A stretch of 64,000 nt of DNA. It comes from Polyangiaceae bacterium (GTDB lineage: Bacteria; Myxococcota_A; Polyangia; Polyangiales; Polyangiaceae). The stretch spans positions 33,360-97,359 of the forward strand of contig JAPSGB010000015.1 in the NCBI GenBank assembly GCA_035063585.1, read 5' to 3'. The stretch's first letter is position 1. Each line of letters opens with the position of its first letter. Positions 56,915-64,000 of the stretch are shown here, in pieces. The notes under the pieces are model-generated. The model saw only the letters and a list, made by a program, of their open reading frames with translations. It was not told the origin of the DNA and searched no databases. The position numbers were made by a program, and so were the translations under genes.

Positions 56915-58450
56915 CCTCCCACGCGCGCACCACGAGCACGGTCAGGAGCTCCATCACGACCACGAACAGCGTGACGCGCATCACCGACGAGGTCATCGCG
57001 CTCGTCACTGCTTCGGCTCGCTCCTTCTCCTCGCGGCCCTTGGCGACCACGACCGAGGCGATGGCCACCGTGTAGGCGAGCACCGACCACAGCCCTCGAA
57101 CCAGGTAGGGTAAGCGGCTCGGTGGCGGCTCCACGAAGTCGGACGCGATGACCGCGACCGCGTCGCGCACGCCGTGAGCGGCGTAGAGCGCCCACCCGCC
57201 GAACATCATCGCCGCCGTGAAGACGACGAAGGTGGCAAGGTACGATGCCGTGAGGCCCATCCATGTCGGGGCCCAGAGGTATCGCTCGGGGGTACCCCGA
57301 GCCCTTCGAGCGCGGTGACCTGCCCGCCGAGCCGCAAGCCGCCGAGCCACGCGCTCATCGCGGAGCCGCTCGTGGCCGCGAAGATGATCGCCGAGAGCGG
57401 CGGCGCGAGCGAGAGGATGTACGTCCCCTTGATCAGTCCGAAAATCGCCGCCGGCCGGAGATCGTGACTGATGTTCGAGATGACGAACGGCACGGTGAAC
57501 CCGAGCAGCGCGCCGACCGTCCCGTAGAACGCCGCGGGGCGCAGGAAGCTCTGGGTGACGGTCAGTCGGAAAACGACCGCCGACTCTGCGAACAGGTGCG
57601 GCTCGAAGCTCCGGCGGAGGGCCTCACCGAGCGTGCGGAACGGCGCGCCGCGGTCCGCCCACCTCCGCGGGGAGGCGTCACTCTTCGCGCGAACGGGCGC
57701 TTCGGCCAAGAGCAGGCGCTCGACCGAGGCTTCGAGCGCGGAGAGCTTCTCCTTTCTGACCTCGGCCGCGTCGAGCTCCGCCGGACCGGTCCAGCCGGGC
57801 AAGACCTCGACCAGCGTCCGTGCCATGGGATCGAGGAAGTAGACGCGGTCCGAAGCGCCCGCGGCGAGCGAGAGATCGTGAGTGACCACGATGATGCCGG
57901 CGTCACACTTCCGCGATTCTTTCACGAGCAGCCGCGCGAGCATTCGAACCCCCAGTGGATCGAGCCCCACGGACGGTTCATCCATCACGATGAGCTTTCG
58001 GCCGGCGGCGAGCGCGCGCGCCACCGCCACCCGCTGCGCCTGCCCGCCGCTCAAGGCGGCGACGCTTCGACCGCGCGCGCCGATGTCGTCATCGAGGTCG
58101 ACCGCGCCGAGCCAGCTCTCGGGGCTCCCGGTCTGCCGCCCGCCGGCCAGCGCCAGCGCGACGTTGCCCCGCACGTCGAGGTGATCGAGCAGGGCGCCCC
58201 GCTGAGGCACGATGGCGGGCTCGGCGGCCAGCTCGCGCTCGCCCCACGAGATCGAGTAGCCGCGACGTCGCAGCGCCTCCGGGGCGAAGAGCGCGCGAAC
58301 CAGCGTCGTCTTACCGACGCCGGACGGGCCGAGCAGCGCTACCACCTCCCCCGCGCGAACGCAGGCGTCGAGCGCGTACACCACCACCGACCCGTCCGGT
58401 AGCGCCACCGTGAGGTCGACGACGCGCGCGAGCGGCTGACCGGACATCAC
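56901..58450 (-). pseudogene. ABC ATPase fused to MlaE-like permease, split by a 1-bp frameshift at ~57290
   Basis: 'GPSGVGKT', 'LSGGQAQR', 'MDEP', 'VTHD', then MlaE-like 'LAPPLSAIIFAATSGSAMSAWLG...LEGLGVP'. It continues in another frame as 'PERYLWAP'. Confidence 0.8.
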
Positions 58451-58519
58451 CGGCGATCATCGCTCGGGACCGGCGCGAATCCAACCCGCTCCGCCCCCGC
58501 CGCTCGCACCGCCCGCCGC

Positions 58520-60064
58520 TCAGAGCGGCGGGTTGCCGTGCTTCTTCGGCGGGTTCTCGAGCCGCTTGGTGCGGAGCATCTCGAGGCACACGCCGAGGCG
58601 GCGCCGCGTCTCGCGCGGGTAAATGACCTCATCGATGAAGCCGAGCTCGGCCGCCTTGTACGGATTGGCGAACTTCGCCTTGTACTCCTCGATGAACTCC
58701 TTGCGCGTGGCGTCCGGATCGGAGGCCGCCGCGATCTGGTTACGGTACACGATGTTCACCGCGCCATCCGGCCCCATCACCGCGATCTCCGCGGTCGGGT
58801 AGGCGAAGTTCACGTCGCCGCGGATGTGCTTCGAGCTCATGACGTCATAAGCGCCGCCGTAGGCCTTGCGCGTGATGACGGTGAGCTTGGGCACCGTGGC
58901 CTCGCAGAACGCGTAGAGCAATTTTGCGCCATGCGTGATGATCCCGCGGTGCTCCTGGTCGACGCCGGGCAAGAATCCGGGCACGTCGACCCAGGTGACG
59001 ATCGGGATGTTGAAGCAGTCGCAGAACCGCACGAAGCGCGCGGCCTTGATGCTCGCGTCGATGTCGAGCACGCCGGCGAGGAACGCCGGCTGGTTGGCCA
59101 CCACCCCGATCGGACGCCCGCCGATGCGCGCGAAGCCCACCACCATGTTCTTCGCCCACTTCTCGTGCACCTCGAAGAGGTAGCCGTCGTCGACCGTGGC
59201 CCGGATGACCTTCTTGATGTCATACGGCCGGTTGCTCTCGACCGGCACCATGGTGTCGAGCTCGGGCACCTCGCGATCCACCGGATCCTCGCTCGCACGC
59301 GCCGGCGGATCCTCGGTGTTGTTCGAGGGTAAGAAACCCAGCAGCTCTCGCACCTGAGCGATGCACGCGCGATCGTCGGGCGCGGTGAGATGCGCGACCC
59401 CGCTCCGCGAGGCGTGCGCGCTCGCGCCACCGAGCGCCTCCTTGGTCACCTCCTCGTGCGTCACCGTCTTGATGACGTCGGGGCCGGTGATGAACATGTA
59501 GCTCGTCTCCTCGACCATCAGGATGAAATCGGTGATGGCCGGCGAGTACACCGCGCCGCCCGCGCAAGGCCCGAGGATGGCGCTCACCTGCGGCACGACG
59601 CCGCTCGCGAGGGTGTTCCGGAGGAAGATGTCCGCGTAGCCGGCCAGCGACTCGACTCCCTCCTGGATGCGCGCGCCGCCCGAGTCATTGAGCCCGATGA
59701 CGGGCGCGCCGACCTTCATCGCGAGATCCATCACTTTACAGATCTTCGACGCGTAGGCCGACGACAGCGAGCCGCCGAACACCGTGAAATCCTGCGCGAA
59801 CACGAACACCCGCCGGCCGTCCACCAGCCCCGACCCGGTGACCACGCCGTCGCCGAGGATCTTCTGCTCTTCCATGTGGAAGTCACTGCAGCGGTGGGTC
59901 ACGAAGCGGTCGAGCTCCACGAACGTGCCCGGATCGAGCAAGAGGTCGACCCGCTCCCGCGCGGTCAGCTTGCCGGCCTGGTGTTGCTTGTCGATGCGGG
60001 CCGCGCCGCCCCCCTCGAGCGCGCGCCGGTTGAGCTCGTCCAGGACCTTGACCGCGTCCGACAT
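58520..60064 (-). CDS. pccB: acyl-CoA (propionyl-CoA) carboxylase beta subunit
   Basis: 'GKLTARER', 'DFTVFGGS', '[10 protein letters not shown]', 'GPCAGGAVY', 'DVPGFLPG', 'KKHGN'. Confidence 0.95.
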   Translation of the reverse strand: MSDAVKVLDELNRRALEGGGAARIDKQHQAGKLTARERVDLLLDPGTFVELDRFVTHRCSDFHMEEQKILGDGVVTGSGLVDGRRVFVFAQDFTVFGGSLSSAYASKICKVMDLAMKVGAPVIGLNDSGGARIQEGVESLAGYADIFLRNTLASGVVPQVSAILGPCAGGAVYSPAITDFILMVEETSYMFITGPDVIKTVTHEEVTKEALGGASAHASRSGVAHLTAPDDRACIAQVRELLGFLPSNNTEDPPARASEDPVDREVPELDTMVPVESNRPYDIKKVIRATVDDGYLFEVHEKWAKNMVVGFARIGGRPIGVVANQPAFLAGVLDIDASIKAARFVRFCDCFNIPIVTWVDVPGFLPGVDQEHRGIITHGAKLLYAFCEATVPKLTVITRKAYGGAYDVMSSKHIRGDVNFAYPTAEIAVMGPDGAVNIVYRNQIAAASDPDATRKEFIEEYKAKFANPYKAAELGFIDEVIYPRETRRRLGVCLEMLRTKRLENPPKKHGNPPL

Positions 60065-60239
60065 GGGCGATTCCGCTATCACGCGTCCCGCGCTCTGTAC
60101 ATGCCTCGATCCGGGCTCCGCCGGGGTGTCGGTCCGGCGCGCAGCCGCGCGGCTCGGCGCGCGCTCCTCGGCGCCGGCACGCTCGCCCTGAACTCCTGAG
60201 CAGCGCGCCGCGCGCCCGGGCCCGCTCGCTCCCCACACA

Positions 60240-60364
60240 CCGATAACCATATCGGCGAGTCCATGCACTGCATGCCAGGTCACCTCGGTGTCCGCTCGTG
60301 CCGCGTACATTCAGCCGAGATTTCACGATGGAGCGACGATACTCCGGTGATGCTAGTATCGCCG
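60240..60364. promoter_or_regulatory. two related palindromes, candidate TetR operators
   Basis: CCGATA-N4-TATCGG (60240-60255) and cggtgatgctagtatcgccg (60345-60364), the latter overlapping a TAGTAT -10 box. Confidence 0.5.
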
Positions 60365-60366
60365 AA

Positions 60367-61002
60367 ATGACGGTCCAGCGCGCCTCGCGAGCGCTCTCTC
60401 GCGAGGAGTCGAAGCTCATCACGCGGCGGCGGCTGCTCGAAGCGGCGGCGCGGGTGCTCCGCGAGGGCGGGCACGCAGCGCTCAGCACCAGCGCGGTCAC
60501 TCGCGCGGCGGGCGTCGCGCAGCCGACCTTCTACGTGCACTTCAAGGACATGAGCGAGCTCGTCCGTACCCTCGCGCGCGAGAAGGTCGACGCGCTCCGT
60601 CGCCCGCTGCAGGCGGCGCGCGCGAAGGTCGCGCTCGGCGACGGTGTCGACGCGCTCCGGCAGACCTTCCGCCTCCCGCTCGAGGGCCTGCTCGAGCAGC
60701 CCGAGCTGTTCCGCTTGTTCGTCCAGGAGCTACCTCATCCCGACTCCGACTTCGGCGTCGAGGCGCGCGCGCTCCTCCGCGAGCTCGAGGCAGATCTCGT
60801 GAACGATCTCGCTCGCTACGGCGCTCCCGCGCACACCGACGCCGAGCGTCGCCGGCTCGCGATGATGAGCGAGGGGATGATCGCGCTCACCGTCGCGCTC
60901 GGCGTCGGCCACCTGGACGGCCGGTACCCCGACCTCGAACAGGTGGTCCAGGTGCTGGCCGACTTCGCGCTCGGCGTCCTCGGCGCGCTGCCGTCCGGGT
61001 GA
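60367..61002 (+). CDS. TetR/AcrR-family regulator (FabR/DesT-like)
   Basis: 'TRRRLLEAA...VTRAAGVAQPTFYVHFKDMSEL', divergent from the carboxylase gene. Confidence 0.9.
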   Translation: MTVQRASRALSREESKLITRRRLLEAAARVLREGGHAALSTSAVTRAAGVAQPTFYVHFKDMSELVRTLAREKVDALRRPLQAARAKVALGDGVDALRQTFRLPLEGLLEQPELFRLFVQELPHPDSDFGVEARALLRELEADLVNDLARYGAPAHTDAERRRLAMMSEGMIALTVALGVGHLDGRYPDLEQVVQVLADFALGVLGALPSG

Positions 61003-61049
61003 GCGGGCGCTGGCTTGCGCGGCGCATTTGCGGCTGGTACTCCCCGGCC

Positions 61050-62084
61050 GTGACCTTCCTGCGGCCAGCCTCCTTGCTTGCTCTCACGCTCGCGCTCTCC
61101 GCGCTCGGCGCCGCCTGCGGCGGCGGCTCGGACGACGGCGACTCGACTCCGAACCGCGACGCCGGCGCGGACGTCACCGGCGACGCCGGCGCGGACGCCA
61201 CCGCCGACGGCGACGCGGCTCCTCCCGACGCCCCGAGCGACGCTACCGCCGAGCACGACGCGGGCGACGCGACCACGGAGGGAGGCGCCTGCACGTCCGC
61301 GACGATCGATCTCACGCCGAGCGCCGACGAGCATCAGGCGATCAAGGACGCCGTCGACGCCTTCCAGACCGCGAACCCCGGCGTGACCGTCACGCTCGAT
61401 GGCGCGGCCGAGGCGGTGGCCTCGATCACCGGCGAGTTTCCCGTCACGCTCGACGCGAGCATCGTCGATCCCTGCGCGCGCGCGCTCGCCGGGCTGAAGG
61501 AGCTCTTCGCGAAGAACGCCACGCTCTTCCGCCTCCCGGCCGACCTCACCCTGCGCGTGTGCAACTACGACAACCTCCTCGACGCGGAGATCCTGCGCCT
61601 GCACGGTGGCACCTACTACGACGGGCGCCCGCTGGTCGGCGCGCCGACCGAGCTGCTCGTGCACGTGAAGCGCGACGGCCACGTGCGCTACTTCGTCGGC
61701 GGCTACTTGCCGGTGCCGAGCGGCGCCGCGCTCACGCCCTGCCTCGACGCAGCCGGCGCGGCGAAGGCGGCCATCGGCGCGACGCTCGACTACACCAGGT
61801 TCAAGTCGTGCGTCCTCCAGGGCCCAGGCTCGATCACGCTCGAGCCCGACGACGACTACGTCCCGCTCGGCACCGGCGTCTTCGTCGACCCGAGCGAGCG
61901 ACTCCACTTCGTCCGGCTGGTGGACGCCTTCCTCGCGCCTTCGCGGGTCAACCCCGAGACCGGCAACACCACGCTCTACTGCTGCTCCACGACCTCCACG
62001 CAGAACTGCGTCGGCAAGACGCTCGTGATCGACGAGCTGAGCGGCGAGGTGCTGGCGCAGCTCGAGCGCTGCCACACCTGCTGA
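61050..62084 (+). CDS. lipoprotein with FTP/PepSY propeptide-like domains
   Basis: Lipobox GAAC, 'YYDGRPLVG..ELLVHVKRDGHV', 'LDAAGAAKAA', 'LVIDELSGEVL'. Confidence 0.7.
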   Translation: MTFLRPASLLALTLALSALGAACGGGSDDGDSTPNRDAGADVTGDAGADATADGDAAPPDAPSDATAEHDAGDATTEGGACTSATIDLTPSADEHQAIKDAVDAFQTANPGVTVTLDGAAEAVASITGEFPVTLDASIVDPCARALAGLKELFAKNATLFRLPADLTLRVCNYDNLLDAEILRLHGGTYYDGRPLVGAPTELLVHVKRDGHVRYFVGGYLPVPSGAALTPCLDAAGAAKAAIGATLDYTRFKSCVLQGPGSITLEPDDDYVPLGTGVFVDPSERLHFVRLVDAFLAPSRVNPETGNTTLYCCSTTSTQNCVGKTLVIDELSGEVLAQLERCHTC

Positions 62085-62131
62085 GCCCGCGGACACGCGC
62101 GCTCACCGCGCCCCGCGCGTGCCGAGGGCGG

Positions 62132-62241
62132 CGCGACCCGCGCTCGGTTCCGCGCCGCCCCGGCAACCCCGAGCTAGTAGGCGCTCTTGCGCGCGACCTC
62201 ACCGCGACCCGCGCTCGGTTCCGCGCCGCCCCGGCAACCCC
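62132..62241. repeat. 39-bp direct repeat x2 between convergent genes
   Basis: cgcgacccgcgctcggttccgcgccgccccggcaacccc at 62132-62170 and 62203-62241. Confidence 0.85.
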
Positions 62242-62261
62242 CCCAAGCCGCTCGCGCGAGC

Positions 62262-62762
62262 TCAGAGCCGCGCGAGCAGCTTCTCGGCGCTCGAGACGCT
62301 GAGCCCGAGATCCGGCTCCACGGCGAGCTCCTTCACTACGCCGTCGTCGACCAGCATCGAGAAGCGCTTGATGCGCGTGCCGAGCCCGCCACCGGCGAGA
62401 TCGATGTCGAGCCCGAGCTTCTTCGCGAACTCCGCGCTGCCGTCGCCGAGCATCCGGATCTTGCCGCTCGCGCCCGCCTGCTTGCCCCAGGCGGCCATCA
62501 CGAAGCCGTCGTTGGTCGCGACGCACCACACCTCGTCGACGCCCTTCTTCTTGAAGGCGTCGAAGTGCTTCACGAACCCGGGCAGGTGGTTGGCCGAACA
62601 GGTCGGCGTGAACGCGCCGGGGATGCCGAAAATGGCGATTTTCTTCCCCTTGGTGGCCTCCGCGACGCTCACCTTGGCCGGCGGCAGCGGGCACGCGTCA
62701 CCGAACTCGGTCGACTCGTAGAGGGTTGCGTCCGGGAGCGTGTCGCCAATCTTGATCGTCAT
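62262..62762 (-). CDS. peroxiredoxin (Prx5 type)
   Basis: 'PGAFTPTCSANHLPGF', 'NDGFVM.AW', with an AAGGAGG RBS. Confidence 0.95.
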   Translation of the reverse strand: MTIKIGDTLPDATLYESTEFGDACPLPPAKVSVAEATKGKKIAIFGIPGAFTPTCSANHLPGFVKHFDAFKKKGVDEVWCVATNDGFVMAAWGKQAGASGKIRMLGDGSAEFAKKLGLDIDLAGGGLGTRIKRFSMLVDDGVVKELAVEPDLGLSVSSAEKLLARL

Positions 62763-62824
62763 GTAATCCTCCTTATTTCCGAAACCTGACCGCGGCGGCG
62801 CGACCTCATCTAGAATCGCGCGCC

Positions 62825-63745
62825 ATGAACTTCCGGCACCTCTCCGCCCGGGCCGCCGCTGCGCTCCTCCTCGGCGCGCTCGCGAGCGCCGCCTGCGACG
62901 ACGCCGAGCGCTGCAAGAGCGCGCCCGAGTGCGCGAACGACGGGAAATGCGCGGCGACGGAGCAAGGCAGTTGCACGGCGAAGACCGACAGTGACTGCGC
63001 GGACTCTAAGGCCTGCCGAGCCCATGGCAAGTGCAGCGCCCAGGAGGGCGCCTGCGTGGTCGGCAAGAACGAAGACTGCCGCCGCTCGGAGGCCTGCAAG
63101 AACCTCAAGCTCTGCGCCGCGTATCAGGGCGAGTGCGTCGATCCGGGGAGGAGCATCGCGGTCGAGTGCAGCGCGACCTGCGCCACCGAGGGGCTCTGCG
63201 CGGCCGAGGACGGCAAGTGCGTGGCGCTCTCGCGCTTCCACTGCGCGGGCGGCTCGGGCGACAAGCCGGAGCCGACCAGCCCCTGCGCCCGGCTCGGGCG
63301 CTGCGAGGCGCAAGGCGGGAAATGCGCCGCCGCATCGAACGACGACTGCAAGGGCTCCGCGGCGTGCAAGAGCGCGTTCTGCTGCACCGCCAAGGACGGC
63401 GCCTGCGTCGCGACCGAGGCGGACTGCAAGGGCTCGAGCGCTTGCTCGACCGACGGGCGCTGCGGCGCGACGAACGGCGAATGCGCGGCGCTCGTCACCG
63501 CCGACTGCCGCGCGAGCGCGCGCTGCAAGCTCGAGGGCAATTGCACCGCCAAAGACGGGAAATGCCAGGCGGTGTCGTCCGCGGACTGCGCGGGCTCCAG
63601 CGTGTGCACGCACTCGAAGCGCTGCATGGCCAAGGGCGGCGCATGCGTCGGCCCCGACGGCAAGGGCGGCGGCGGCGGCGGGACGACCACGGGCGGCGCG
63701 CCCGACAAGCCACGTCCGACCACCATCCAGGGGATCTTCCAGTAG
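62825..63745 (+). CDS. Cys-rich repeat lipoprotein
   Basis: Lipobox ASAC and ~9 repeats 'DC..S..C...G.C.A..G.C'. Confidence 0.85.
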   Translation: MNFRHLSARAAAALLLGALASAACDDAERCKSAPECANDGKCAATEQGSCTAKTDSDCADSKACRAHGKCSAQEGACVVGKNEDCRRSEACKNLKLCAAYQGECVDPGRSIAVECSATCATEGLCAAEDGKCVALSRFHCAGGSGDKPEPTSPCARLGRCEAQGGKCAAASNDDCKGSAACKSAFCCTAKDGACVATEADCKGSSACSTDGRCGATNGECAALVTADCRASARCKLEGNCTAKDGKCQAVSSADCAGSSVCTHSKRCMAKGGACVGPDGKGGGGGGTTTGGAPDKPRPTTIQGIFQ

Positions 63746-63749
63746 CCCC

Positions 63750-63990
63750 GCGCGCCGAGCCCGCGACACCGCACCCGACGCGCGCCCGCGCCACGCAGCG
63801 ACGCGCGCGAGCGACGCGCACCCGCGCCACGCAGCGACGCGCGCGCGGCCACGCCGATCCCTGTCGCGCGCGCGAGCGGCGCGCAGCCGCGCCACGCGGC
63901 AGATGGCTGGGCGCCCAGTCGAGCACACCGCGGCAGACACGACGCGCCACTCCGCCGATGGCTGGACGCCCAGTCGAGCACACCGCGCGA
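63750..63990. repeat. intergenic short direct repeats
   Basis: cccgcgccacgcagcgacgcgcgcg x2 and gatggctgg(g/a)cgcccagtcgagcacaccgcg x2. Confidence 0.7.
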
Positions 63991-64000
63991 GCCGCGCGCG

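Noticed and set aside
62132..62241. Mini CRISPR array
   Set aside because: Only two repeats, no cas genes, no AT-rich leader.
1..64000. DGR reverse transcriptase, Avd or template repeat inside the window
   Set aside because: No RT motifs (YxDD with a QG-containing motif) seen in any ORF, and no AAC-rich third copy of the variable region. The caacaacaac at 41311 is too short and lies after the stop.
1..64000. Many long alternative-frame ORFs rich in R/A/P/G
   Set aside because: Shadow ORFs typical of very high GC DNA, overlapping better-supported genes.

Overview
Very GC-rich bacterial DNA, most likely Myxococcota (Polyangia/Sorangiineae-like). This is inferred from MYXO-CTERM-like tails, 'DAG/DAA'-linker lipoproteins, a Ser/Thr kinase-TPR-lipoprotein operon and Cys-rich surface proteins. 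The first ~41.5 kb is accessory. It holds surface lipoproteins, a TonB-dependent receptor/ExbBD/TonB/ECF-sigma module, a phosphatase-ADP-ribosylglycohydrolase fusion, many truncated gene fragments, and decayed IS91-like, IS21 and other transposases. The last ~22.5 kb is housekeeping-like (rimI, pyrK, pyrD, cysS, rhomboid, MlaE, FolE-like, SRP RNA, acyl-CoA carboxylase beta, peroxiredoxin). The strongest signal is two paralogous FGE-sulfatase/C-type-lectin-fold lipoproteins 35 kb apart. Their last 40 codons differ mostly at codon positions 1-2 with position 3 fixed, and they share a conserved 3' non-coding tail. This is the pattern expected of remote targets of a diversity-generating retroelement (DGR). 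One target sits in a kinase signalling operon. No RT or template repeat is visible in the window. Also notable are an intact SPM-1-like subclass B1 metallo-beta-lactamase lipoprotein between two co-oriented IS91-like remnants, a 148-bp dispersed repeat, an ABC ATPase-MlaE fusion next to a possible TULIP/BPI-like protein, and a stand-alone FTP/PepSY lipoprotein. All family calls are by motif recognition and manual alignment; no database searches were run.
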